DNA of 63,514 bases, filler included, from Octopus bimaculoides (Eukaryota): NCBI RefSeq assembly GCF_001194135.2. It is 6 parts of 5 records of this genome, joined end to end, with 100 filler letters (N's around TTAATTAATTAA, not from the genome) between each part and the next. Parts side by side here need not be neighbours in the genome. Positions count along the whole stretch, not along the records: positions 30,965 to 39,927 come from NW_026370633.1; positions 40,028 to 47,427 come from NC_069000.1; positions 47,528 to 61,222 come from NC_068981.1; 3 more parts are not named here. One strand, 5' to 3'. Numbering within the stretch: position 1 is the first letter of the stretch; each line of letters starts with the position of its first letter. Shown here one piece after another: positions 37,660 through 50,912 of the stretch. A program made the position numbers and the translations under genes. The notes beneath the pieces were generated by a model that did no database searches, was not told where the DNA came from, and saw only the letters and a list, made by a program, of their open reading frames with translations.

Positions 37660-38130
37660 TTTTAAAAGAATCAAGTTCCGAGAGCTCTTACCTCTGCTGG
37701 TGACAAAGGGCTTCTCTCCCAGAGTAAAAAGTAGACTGTATGACGCATGTGTACGAACAGCCATGCTACATGGCAGTGAAACATGGGCCGTGACTGTTGA
37801 GGACNNNNNNNNNNATGGCAGTGAAACATGGGCCGTGACTGTTGAGGACATGCGTAAGCTCGCAAGGAATGAAGTCAGTATGCTCCGATGGATGTGTAAG
37901 TACCTTGAGAGAAAAGTTGAACACAGGCATCAGTTATGGTGTGCAAGAGAGACGATTGCGTTGGTACGGTCATGTGGCGAGAATGGGTGAGGATAGCTGT
38001 GTGAAAAAGTGCAACACCTTAGCAGTTGAGGGAACCTGTGGAAGAGGTAGGCCCAGGAAGACCTGGGATGAGGTGGTGAAGCATGACCTTCGAACATTAG
38101 GCCTCGCCGAGACCTTTGGAAATATGCAGT
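37660..38130 (+). mobile_element. RTE-clade LINE 3' fragment
   Basis: KSRLYDACVRTAMLHGSETWAVT...RLRWYGHVARM...GRGRPRKTWDEVV. Confidence 0.85.
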
Positions 38131-39586
38131 GCGTGAGAAGACCTGGCAATGCTGTGAAGCCCTTCTCTCCTGGAACTTTATTCCCTTCTGACCTTGTGCT
38201 CTCCCTTTAAAAAATTGCTGGGACTGACCCTGCACATCTATATATGTATGCGACATTGTGTGTCTGTATGTACATGTATATGTATGTGCATTTACACACA
38301 TACACACATGATGGACTTGAGAACAACATATGAGAATTCAGCTTTTTGCCAAACGACCTGCACGAACATTACCTTACCTGTTGTCCGAACAGGTCCACGG
38401 TGTGCCATGCGTCAGGTGTCAAAGTGATCGCCGAGCAATGTGAGACAAAGTGTTTTGCTCAAGAACACAACGCACCACCTAGACTAGGAACTGAGACCAC
38501 GATCTCTCAATAGTGAGTGCAACACATTAACCCACTCAGCCATGCATCTTCACTACAAACACACACACACACATATATATATATATATGCATATATACAT
38601 ACATTCATTCATTCATTTATATATATATATATATATATATACATACGTATATATACATACATACATATGTATACATTCATATATAGCTATATATGTGTGT
38701 GTGTATGTACGCACACACATGTACATATGTTACTCTGTCTGTGTGTATGTAAGTTAGTCTGAGTGAGCGTGTGTGTATCGCAATCAGGGTTTAAGACCCG
38801 ATTAATCTAATCCACAGCAAGACCAGATCGGATTATCTCACCTTCCTCTTCCCTCTGCCCATTGAGATGATACAGACACCTGTATGTGGTCATAACACCT
38901 GCTAGAAATACCAGCCAAGTCTCCCTTAATTCACAGGAGTGGATGGTCACAACTGGAACGTCTCTGATCATAGGCCTGTCTGGATCAGGATTGACCTGCG
39001 GCTAAATAACAACAGTAGCTATAACCACTAATACTAAGTACTATACTATACATTAAGTAATGTAGTCCTAGATACACTATGCCTGAACATCTAGCATTTG
39101 AGATGGATGCGTACGCAGTGCCCTTGAAACTTTCTGTCATGTGCTGACCTGAGTCAGTAAGAAGCTTCTCTTCCCAGCCACATGGTTCCAGGTTCAGTCC
39201 CACTGCATGGCGCCTTGGTCAAGTGTCTTCTCCTATGGCCTCGGGCCAACCCAACCCTTGTGAGGGGGATTCAAAAGACAAGAGACACACATATATTTTT
39301 TTTTTTTTTTTTTACTTGTTTCAGTCATTTGACTGTGGCCATGCTGGAGCACTGCCTTTAGTTGAGCAAATCGACCCCAGGACTTATTCTTTAGAAGCCT
39401 AGTACTTACATATACTCACACATACATATATATATATACACACACATATGTATATATATATATATATAGGTAAATTGAAAATTGGAGGTAATACTTGACA
39501 ATTGTAAGCACCTGTGTATTCCAGCTAGTGGTTGCGGTGAAGGAATAAATTGTAAATCCAAAAAATAACAACAAAACTACACAGGA

Positions 39587-39657
39587 TTCCGCGGTACACG
39601 TGTTTCAAGCTTTATATGTGTATAATTTACAATGTAAAGCTATCCTCAGCCGCAAAA
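39587..39657 (-). ncRNA. Type I hammerhead ribozyme with intact core
   Basis: Minus strand GCGG-CTGAGGA-T-AGCTTTA...TAAAGCT-T-GAAAC-ACGT-GTA-CCGC. Helices I, II and III and a GUA cleavage triplet are all present. Confidence 0.8.
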
Positions 39658-39802
39658 TTATTCCTCTCTCATATATATATATATATGATGGGCTTCTTTC
39701 AGTTTCCGTCTACCAAATCCAGTCACAAGGCTTTGGTCAGCCCTAGGCTATAGTACAAGACACTTGCCTGGAACCCAGAACCATGTGGTTGGTAAGCAAA
39801 TG

Positions 39803-39850
<48 letters not shown>

Positions 39851-40297
39851 AATATTCTTGTATCTTTAACTTGTGCCAGTCATCAGACTGGCCATAGATA
39901 GACATATAAGTTAGATAGATAGACAGANNNNNNNNNNNNNNNNNNNNNNNNNNNNNNNNNNNNNNNNNNNNTTAATTAATTAANNNNNNNNNNNNNNNNN
40001 NNNNNNNNNNNNNNNNNNNNNNNNNNNTATATATATATATATATGCATAGATATATGTGTGTGTGATATAGTTGTTATATAAATATATGTATGCAATAAC
40101 TATTGGTTTCAAATCTTGGCACAAGGCCAGTAGATTTGGGGAAAGGGTTCAGTCGATTAAATCGACCCCAATGTTCATCTTTTACTTATGTTATCGATCT
40201 CGAAAGGATGAAAGGCAAAGTCGACTCCAGCGGGCGAAATGACGCTAAGCGCTTCGCCCAGCGTGTTACCGATGTATATACATATATATATATATGC

Positions 40298-41345
40298 ATA
40301 GGGTGTCCCCACCCTAAATATATACAAACATTGAATGATTATAAAGCCAGTGTTTAATAGAAAACATTTCAGTTTCAAGATTTAATAGAATTTAGAGACA
40401 GATTTATTTTTTTATGAACGCCTGTTCTCAAACTTTAGACTGTTCCAGTTCAAGCAATGGAACCGCAAATGTGAAGAAATTTTCGTTTAGTATTCGTGCA
40501 CATTCACGTACACCAGCGGCCCTCAATTCGTCGACTGTTCCCGGACTTGTACCATAAAGTTTGTCTTTTTTAACATCTCTATAAAGAAAGTCTGGTGGTG
40601 TAAGATCCGGCGAATGCGGAGGTTATTTTCTTGAATCTCTTCATCCAGTCCACCCTTTTGGTAGAATGTCATTGAGGTAGGCCCTTACATTACAATGATA
40701 GTATAGGTGTACCCTATCTTGCGGGAAATAGACTCTACATCTTCAAAATACTCTTGAAAGTTTCGCATGACAGATTGTTGAAGCGTGTTCGTGTACATCG
40801 GACAGTCACATAACCGTTAAAAATGCACAGTCAAGTTAATGCTTTGGATGATAAATCGCACGATACTGTAACTCCTGGAAAATTTACTTAATGTTGCTCC
40901 ATGATGTGTAAATTCTCGTGTCCCCACTACGTGCAGTTGTGACGGCAAATTGAGCCATTTAATTTAAATATAACTTAATCACTCCAAGCAGTCTTTGTTG
41001 GAAAGTATGCATCTTTTACATATTTTGCCAAGTATTACTTGCAAATTTCCAGTCTTCGGTCCGGATCATCTTCATAGAAAGCATGGACTATTTTCGGAGT
41101 CTAACTTTTCCAATGACAGTGTTTCAAAATGCGATGGACGATTGATTTTAAAATTCCTATCTCACGACACGCTTGATCGCTCTGAAATTCCCTCCTAAAC
41201 GATCTTTCCACTTCTATTGAGTTTTCAAACTTTCAGTAACACTTTTAGGTTAAATTTCCTTTGTTCAAAGCTTGGTCTGGTTCCTTTCGTTATTTCTTAC
41301 AAAAGAAATGAAAGTTAAATAATCAAATGCTTAAGTGTGTATACA
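40298..41345 (-). mobile_element. Decayed Tc1/mariner-superfamily transposon (PxSPDLTP type); related pieces at ~43970-44150 and ~45000-45900
   Basis: Decayed ...NVRAYLNDILPKGWTG...PPHSPDLTPPDF. The second copy gives LRREFQADPPTRLTIIRIRDTFE and GATVWCGLS. Confidence 0.7.
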
Positions 41346-44329
41346 GTTTTTTTTTCGGAAAAAACTCAAATGTAATATATATATATATATATATATATAT
41401 ATTCTGTTATTCTTTTACTTGTTTCAGTCATTTGACTGCGGCCATGCTGGAGCACCGCCTTTAGTCGAACAAATTGACCCCAGGCCTTATTCTCTGTAAG
41501 CCTAGTACTTATTCTATCGGGGTTCTTTTGTCGAACCGCTAAGTCACGGTTACATGAATACACCAACGCCGGTTGTTAANNNNNNNNNNNNNNNNNNNNN
41601 NNNNNNNNNNNNNNNNNNNNNNNNNNNNNNNNNNNNNNNNNNNNNNNNNNNNNNNNNNNNNNNNNNNNNNNNNNNNNNNNNNNNNNNNNNNNNNNNNNNN
41701 NNNNNNNNNNNNNNNNNNNNNNNNNNNNNNNNNNNNNNNNNNNNNNNNNNNNNNNNNNNNNNNNNNNNNNNNNNNNNNNNNNNNNNNNNNNNNNNNNNNN
41801 NNNNNNNNNNNNNNNNNNNNNNNNGTGTGTGTGTGTGTGTGTGTGTGTGCGTGCGTGTGTGTAATCTGCACATCTGAAGATTTACTAACCAACACCCTGT
41901 GTCACAACGAAGGTAAACAATAAATCTATATACACTATTTTTACAGGTAAAAAAAAAACAAAACAAAAAATACTAGGGAAAAGCTGTAGATGCATTATTC
42001 AATTGTTGCAAATTCCCGCAGCAGCTGTACCCTTTCTTCAACTATCCACGTAAACACTGTTTATGGACGCATTGACATTAAAGTAAGCGAGTCATGAGGG
42101 AACATATGTGTCTAATAAATATACAAGTGTTCTGTTATTGCTAGGTATTTATGAACCTTCTGTTTACCCTTTTGTCTTCACTATATTTCTATCATTCTAT
42201 GTTTTCCTAAGTTCGAACGAGCTACCATCTTTCCTATTAGCGTTACTTAGAACAAACATTGTCTTACTCTTGTCCCATAATCGCAAGACATTCTTTCTTT
42301 ACGTATTTCTTCTGTTACTGTTCTTGCTTGTTATTTCTTCGTTATATATATATAATTTTTTCCCCTAGGTCTCTGTCTAGAAATATCATCTGTTCTTGTT
42401 ATTATTAACCTGTCTTAATTTTTTCCGGTTTGTTTTTGCATCATTTTGTCTGTTATGTCCGCTCATCTCTACTTCAGTAGCTTGTCTTATGTTGCTGATA
42501 CAGCCAAACTAACGAACATTATCATAAGTGTCAAAATTCTGGTGATATTTGGTCGATAACTGATTAGAGGTTGAGCTTGTCCGGATCCAACTTGCCTTTT
42601 GTCCTTTCGGGGCCTATTAAGTAGCAGTCGGGCATTGGGGGCAATTGAACCGACTTACCCTTTCTCCTAGCAATTTCAGGCTTTGTGCCTATAGTAGAAA
42701 GGGTTATTATTTATCATGCACATATAGGCGTAGGAGTGGCTGTGTGGTAAGAAGCTTACTTTCCAACCACATAGTTCAATGTTCAGTCCTATTGCGTGAC
42801 ATCTTGGGAAAGTGTCTTCTACTATAGCCACGGGCCGACCAAAGCCTTGTTAGTAGATTTGGTATACAGAAACTGAAAGAAGCCTATCGTGTGTGTGTGT
42901 GTGTTTGTTTGTCCCACACCGTCGCTTGACAACCGGTGTTGGTTTGTTTCCGTCCCTGTAACTTAACAGTTCGACAAAAGTAACCGATAGAATACGTACC
43001 AGGCTTTAAAAAAAAAAATAAGTAAGACAAAACACATAATATGTCTGTTTGACACCCTAAATCCTATTTCTGATGGTCCCTGCGCATGCTAAACCCTGAC
43101 AATATCTTCTCGCATGATGCCTCAGTTTACTGTTATCTCTATTGGGTTATGACCCAAATCTCCATGAAATTATCGCTAATTTGTTTTTAATGTTGTTAAT
43201 GCTTCTAATGCATTCATAATTTGATATCACTAAGCTGGATGTATCTAGTCGAGTCGGCCTGACTGATTTGTTTATTTAATTTTTAGACCTCAACGCGGAA
43301 GTTATTAATTGTATTATTCGCAATCTCTGCTTTTTATTTTATTCATTAATTTAATTTATATTTTATATATAGCAGTAAATGTTTATCTTGTATTTCTGTT
43401 ATTTCTTTTTATTTTTGGTTCTTTAGAAAAAGAAAAAAAAATTCTTAACGTTATCATTTATATTTTTATTTTTATTTAAATGTTTAAAGTATACTATTTT
43501 AGAGCGGACGGATGTCGTTTTTAATAGGTGAACTTTTAATTTTTTAAATGCTTTTAAATGGATGAACTTTTAATGTGTTTTTTTTAAATACTTTTTTTAA
43601 TGGATGGAGTTTTTAATGTTTTCTTTTCTTGTTACATCATTTTTTTTTTATTGGTGTCGCATGTCTCGGAAAAAATTAAGATAAAATATATGTATTTGTG
43701 TTGGTTATTTATTCTGAACGCTTATGTACCATTTATTTTATATTTTTATCTTCATTCTATTTTTGTATGGTCATTATTCCAGAACATAATTTTTCTTGAG
43801 CCCTAGGACCCATAAGGTCGGTGGCCCGGTTTCCCTAGCGTATAAGTGACAAAGATAACAACTCCTCTCTGAACGGGACGCTAGTTCGTTGCAAAGTTCA
43901 AGGGCAGCAGTTTCGAGGGGAGGGGACAAGTACTGACTAGTACTTTATTCTACTGGACCACTATGTCCAATCCACCTGTTTGGTAATATCTCATTCAGGT
44001 GGCCCTTACATTACTATGGTAACATGAAGGCACCGCATCTTGGTAGAAATAAAAGTCAACGTATTCAAAAACCTCTTGTGACTGTCGCATCAGGTTCAAG
44101 CGAATCGCACCTGTCACAGTACCGTCAGAAAACAATAGTCCAATTAATCCAGTGATTCTCAAATAGCGTCCAAATGACCCTGTCGTTCATATAAGATTTT
44201 GTTGTTAAAATTTATGTCCAATAAATTGTTTATATTTCTACAATACACAAAATATTTTAACAATGTTAAAATATTACACAATTCCTAATAATAATATTTA
44301 AAAAAAAAATAAATGCGGCCTTTTAAAGC

Positions 44330-44551
44330 CTAGCCAGGATCATGGGCCCGGTTTCCCGGTTACAATGGCGTATGTGTTCTCCCGCTGGACGGGACGCCAG
44401 TCCATCGCAGCGTTGCTAATTTTTGCCAGCTGGAGCAACGTGAAATGAAGTGTTTTGCTCAAGAACACAACCCGTCGCCCGATCCAGGAATCGAAACCAC
44501 AATCTTAAGATCGTGGTGCTGACACCCTAACCACTAGGCCACGCGCCTCCA
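44330..44551 (-). mobile_element. tRNA-derived SINE family C (also ~14300-14420, 38400-38510, 45225-45385)
   Basis: Minus-strand head ggaggcgcgtggcctagtggttagggtg...gtttcgattcctgg followed by gtgttcttgagcaaaacacttcatttcac. Confidence 0.7.
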
Positions 44552-47390
44552 AAATAATGATGCTACACAATTCCTAATAATAATTAATTATAAAAATATT
44601 ATAGGATNNNNNNNNNNNNNNNNNNNNNNNNNNNNNNNNNNNNNNNNNNNNNNNNNNNNNNNNNNNNNNNNNNNNNNNNNNNNNNNNNNNNNNNNNNNNN
44701 NNNNNNNNNNNNNNNNNNNNNNNNNNNNNNNNNNNNNNNNNNNNNNNNNNNNNNNNNNNNNNNNNNNNNNNNNNNNNNNNNNNNNNNNNNNNNNNNNNNN
44801 NNNNNNNNNNNNNNNNNNNNNNNNNNNNNNNNNNNNNNNNNNNNNNNNNNNNNNNNNNNNNNNNNNNNNNNNNNNNNNNNNNNNNNNNNNNNNNNNNNNN
44901 NNNNNNNNNNNNNNNNNNNNNNNNNNNNNNNNNNNNNNNNNNNNNNNNNNNNNNNNNNNNNNNNNNNNNNNNNNNNNNNNNNNNNNNNNNNNNNNNNNTT
45001 TTTAATGATAAGCCGCACCAAACTGTAGCTCCTGGTTCATTAATATGATGGTTCTCCATAATATGTGGATTCTCTGGCCACCAGTATTTGCAATTTTGGC
45101 AGTTAATTGATCCATTTAATCCAAATGCAGCCTTACCAGTTCAAATAATCTTTATTGGAAAATGTGCATCTTTTACACGTCTTAGCCAAATAAAGTTCCT
45201 TCCCGAGCCATTTAGACTCATAGTGCTGGTTTCCCGGTTTTCAAGGCGTATATATTCCCCTGCTGAGTGGCAGTGTGAAATGAAGTGCTTTGCTCAAGAA
45301 CACAACGCGTTGTCCGGTCCAGGAATCGAAACGACATTCTTACGATCATGGGTCTAACACCCTAACCACAAAGTCACACACCTCCATCTTAGCCAAGTAC
45401 CACTCGAAAACACTGCACTCTTTTATCCGGATCATATTTTCTGATAACACTTTAGGTTAAATTTCTTTTGTTCAAAGCTTGATCTGGTTCCCTTCATTAT
45501 TTCTTACAAGTTAAATCTAAAACGAAATGAAAGTTGAGTTATCCAATGACAGCGCTTCAAAATGCGATGGACGCTTAATTTTGAAATTCCCATCTTGCGA
45601 TTTGCTTGCCGCACAGAATTTCCTGCAACTCTGGCAATGCATTTCTGCACTGTTTGTTGTTTTGTGGAGTTCGTCGATGCCCGCACAGTCTTCTGCAATA
45701 TCTCTTGTGGACACTCTGAACATTACCACCATCTATTTCAAATGTATCTCTAATCCGTATGATGGTGAGACGTGTTGGTGGATCTGCTTGAAACTCCCTC
45801 CTTAACTGTATTTGTTCTTGGACTGAGTATTCAAACTTCCAGTAGCACATTAGGTTAAATTTTCTCTGTTCAAAAGCTTAGTCTGGTTCCTTTCATTATT
45901 TCNNNNNNNNNNNNNNNNNNNNNNNNNNNNNNNNNNNNNNNNNNNNNNNNNNNNNNNNNNNNNNNNNNNNNNNNNNNNNNNNNNNNNNNNNNNNNNNNNN
46001 NNNNNNNNNNNNNNNNNNNNNNNNNNNNNNNNNNNNNNNNNNNNNNNNNNNNNNNNNNNNNNNNNNNNNNNNNNNNNNNNNNNNNNNNNNNNNNNNNNNN
46101 NNNNNNNNNNNNNNNNNNNNNNNNNNNNNNNNNNNNNNNNNNNNNNNNNNNNNNNNNNNNNNNNNNNNNNNNNNNNNNNNNNNNNNNNNNNNNNNNNNNN
46201 NNNNNNNNNNNNNNNNNNNNNNNNNNNNNNNNNNNNNNNNNNNNNNNNNNNNNNNNNNNNNNNNNNNNNNNNNNNNNNNNNNNNNNNNNNNNNNNNNNNN
46301 NNNNNNNNNNNNNNNNNNNNNNNNNNNNNNNNNNNNNNNNNNNNNNNNNNNNNNNNNNNNNNNNNNNNNNNNNNNNNNNNNNNNNNNNNNNNNNNNNNNN
46401 NNNNNNNNNNNNNNNNNNNNNNNNNNNNNNNNNNNNNNNTTCTTCAATCAAAGAAACTACTTCTATCGGTGTGGGTCGTTATTCTACAGAGATTTCTAAT
46501 CTTATCGTATTCGTCAAGCAGAGTCAATTGACATAGTGACACGGCTGGTCTTTTCAATCGTTGTCACGGTCTATCTGTTCAGCTTCCTTAGTAGATGTCG
46601 GTCCGGTTTCGTTTACAGTGAGTGCATGGCTGGGTTTCGGTCTATGTGGGTACATGACACTTGCAAAATGGTTGGCGCCGCGTAGTGGGACTGAGCGCGT
46701 GACGTCATTATTATTGCGAAGTGAACATCTTTTTTTTTGTTATCTCTTCGCCCAAACATCATTGACACACATATCAAGCACCCAACAGCGTGCTTTTTAT
46801 AGGAACTGTTTACCTATATTTTTATGTGCGCGGACGCACACAAAGACCAAACAAACACGCACACACAAGCACACACATACACACACGCACACACACAACT
46901 TTTGTTGCCGACTGCTATATATAGAAACGGTTTAGCTATGGATGCCCAAGAATAACTTTGATAACTTTGATAGGTTTCGGCCATATAAAGGCCCAGGGCA
47001 TGTCTAACTTAATAGCACCACCTGGTGAAATCTTTTTGTCATATGTGGAGCACCATGGCCCACTCTAGCAAAGAGTTATTATTGTTGGAGACATATCCAG
47101 GTGTAGGAAGTCTGTCAGGGATTTTTTGAAGAAATTTGTCCAGTGAACATTTGAACTTTATGGGATCCGTTTCCGTTTTGACGTATTTTGGTATGGTATT
47201 AAAGGGAGCTGGTCCGGTTGAGGTAAAGTAACTGTGAAGTAAGGTTACTATGTGCATAGAGTTCGATTTTTGTAGTGGGCGGATAGCACGGGGGCAAGTC
47301 TTGGATGGATTTTAAAATTGATGCCAACATCATTTGTGTTATGTGGAATGATGTAGCGCTCCCGGCGGCGTTGAAGAGAGTAGAGATTGA

Positions 47391-47427
<37 letters not shown>

Positions 47428-47654
47428 NNNNNNNNNNNNNNNNNNNNNNNNNNNNNNNNNNNNNNNNNNNNTTAATTAATTAANNNNNNNNNNNNNNNNN
47501 NNNNNNNNNNNNNNNNNNNNNNNNNNNCTACCCTAGCCCCAGACCAACTAAAGCCTTGTGGGGGGATTTGATGGCGAAAACTAAAGGAAGCCCTTCAAGG
47601 CGGTTTTCCAGTACAGTGGCAGTCCAATGGCTGAAACGAGTAAAAGATAAAAGT

Positions 47655-47705
<51 letters not shown>

Positions 47706-47893
47706 AGTGCAGGCGTGATTGAGTGATAAGAAATTTGCTTTCCGACCACATGGTTCTGGGTTCTGTCCCATTGGTGACACCTTGGGCAAGTTTCTTCAAC
47801 TATTGTCTCGGGCCGACCAAAGCCTTGTGAGTGGATTTGGTAGACGGAAACTGAAAGAAGCCAGTTGTATGTATATATATGTACACACACACG

Positions 47894-47955
<62 letters not shown>

Positions 47956-48086
47956 AGTGTGTGTGTGTATGCGTGTCGGTTTGTCCCCTACCACCTCTTG
48001 ACAACCGGTGTTGGTGTGTTTATACTCCCGTAACTTAGCGGTTCGATAGAAAAAGTTTCCGATAGAATAAGTACTAGGCTTAACAA

Positions 48087-48134
<48 letters not shown>

Positions 48135-50674
48135 TACTGGCGTTGATTCATTCGATTAAAATCTCTTCGACTAAAACAAGTAAAAGATAAAAGGATATAT
48201 ATATGTGTGTGTGTGTGTATGTGTGTATGTGTGTATATATATTGCGAAGTTGTAAGTGCTCAAAACAGCTGAAAAATAGCGTAGTTGAAGACGAAAAGCA
48301 AAGCTGAATTCGGCGAGATACCGGTAGATATTTTGCCCGACTCTTTCCCGGTTCTGTCACTCCAACTGTCTAAAAGCGTAGTTATAAGAAAGTTAAGTAT
48401 GTCATTTATATGGCTTGAAATTAGTATCCGGATGCTTGTTAATTTGAGTTGATGTCGATGATCCGCTTAGGAATCAAGAAAATCCCCTCGGATAAAAAGG
48501 AACAAAATAACATCAACCCGATACCAGCGTGAAGCCATATAATGGATTTAATGCTATAGTTATTACTATATAATTTCACATATACACATTACGTTCAACA
48601 CACTTTCTTGCAGCTGTTTATTGAGCACTGTTAATGTTTTCGAACGGAAAATCATAAACCACACACTTAACTTACTCAAACATATACAGGAAAATACGTA
48701 TATGCGTGCATGAAAATGCGTATATGTGTGTTTTTGTGGTATGTGTGCGTGCGTGTCTGTGTGCGTCGGTGTGCGTGACATATGTTGGGGGATGTATTCA
48801 ATACATGTAATAAAATTTATGTATTCCTTTACATGAAACTATATATAGAGGTAAGTCCCGTTTTACGATGTTCCATTTTACAACTTTCCACATTAACGAG
48901 CTTTTCAAGACTCCTAAAAAAAAGGGAAAAACAAAAATAAAATAGAAATACCGGATAAATCACAACTTAACAACACACCCAAGCAATGCCTATTAAGTCT
49001 AAACACGCAATATGTGCTTTGGATTTTCGCGGTGCATTGTGGTATGAGTGATACGGATGAAAACAGTTGTTTGTGTTCAGTTGGTTGTATGCGTTTTTAC
49101 TCATTTGTTACCATGTTCACAGCGTTACTTATGGAGTTTTTTTTTTTCACCACCATCGGAGCGCGAAGCGTTCTTCACGTGCGTGAGTTCGTGAGACGGT
49201 TGTGATATATAAATAGTTTTGAATAAGAACCAGAATGAGAAGTATGAACACGGAATGTGCATGTGTACACTGAATTCATAAAACGGAAGAGGAGAATAAA
49301 ACGAGTTATGCGATGGTCTGCATGCTACGTCTGACACCGCTACCAAGCAGCTTTGCTGCAATTTTCTTCTTTCTCAAGGCGGCGAGCAGGCAGAAACGAT
49401 AGCACGCTGGGCGAAATGCTAAGCAGTATTTCGTCTGTCTTTACGTTCTGAGTTCAAATTCCGCCGAGGTCGACTTTGCCTTTCATCCTTTCGGGGTCGA
49501 TAAATTAAGTACCAGTTGCGTACTGGGGTCGATCAAATCGACTGGCCCCATCCCTCAAAATTTCAGGCCTTGCGCCTAGAGTAGAAAATAATTTTCTTGT
49601 TTCTTTATAATAAAAATAATCCTTTTTTATAATAGGCACAAAGCCAGCATTATTGGGAGAGGGATAGGTCGATTACCTCGACCCTAGTGCTCAACTAGTA
49701 CTTAATTTATCGAACCCGAACGGATGAATGGCAAAGTCGACCATGGCGAATTTTCACCGATGTGCTAACGATTCTACCAGCTCGTTGCCTTACATCAACA
49801 ACAAGAATGGTTTAAAATTATGGTACAAGGCCAACGGTTTGGGGGAGATAGATAAGTCGATTGCATCAACTCCAGTGCTCAACTAATTAGTACTTAGTTT
49901 ATTGACCCCGAAAGTATAAAAGGCAAAATCGACCTTGGCGGAATTTGAACTCAGAACTTAAGGACGAACAAAATACTGATAAGCTTTTTCTCCAGTGTGC
50001 TAACGATTCTGCCAGCAACAAAAAAAAAAAAACAACAGTAATAACCATGATAATCGTTTCTACTTTAGTTACAAGGCCTGAAAGTTTGCGGGAGGGTAAT
50101 AGTCTATTACATTGATCTCGGTGATCAACTAATAGTTTTTATATCGATCTCGAAAGGATGAAATGCAAAGTCGACCACGGCAGAATTTGAAGTCAGAACA
50201 TTATGCTCTGACGGACAAAAAGCCATTAAGCACTTTGTCCGGCGTGCCAGCGATTCTGTCAGCTCCTTCTTTGGGCTCTCAAATTTCGAGCTCTGACCTC
50301 AAAAAGATAAAAAGGCAATATATATATATATATCATCCAAATAATAAGGACACAAAGAAATTCTTTGACACATCTTTAATTATTCGTTACAATTGTTTCT
50401 GTACCAACTCTGCTTGCAACGCTAATTTACACAAAAATTCGAAATGAAAACTTACGTAATGTTTGCGTGTTTAGACATTAGAGTGGCACTTCATCGGGTT
50501 GAGTGCTTCTCTGGAAAAACTCCATCTCTACATCTTACCAGGACCTTTCGAAGAAAGCCACAAAACCTCATACAGTATTAACCGTCAGAAAGTTTCCCGT
50601 ATGTATGTATGTATGTATGTATGTATGTATGTATGTATATATGTATGTATGTAAATATGTATGTATGTATGTAA

Positions 50675-50705
<31 letters not shown>

Positions 50706-50860
50706 TGTATGTATGTATGTATGTATGTGTGTGTGTGTGTGACGACAAACTAGAGAAAATGTTCGCAATACAATTTTGTAGTATTATAATGTTCTGATTA
50801 ATCTTATGTGGCGAAAAGTAGATAGATAGAAATATAGAGAGGGAAGGGGAGAGAGAGGGG

Positions 50861-50912
<52 letters not shown>

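Noticed and set aside
50542-50598. Plus-strand 57-nt exon candidate (ccag|...|gtatgt)
   Set aside because: The apparent donor is just the start of a (GTAT)n microsatellite and the peptide is unrecognisable.
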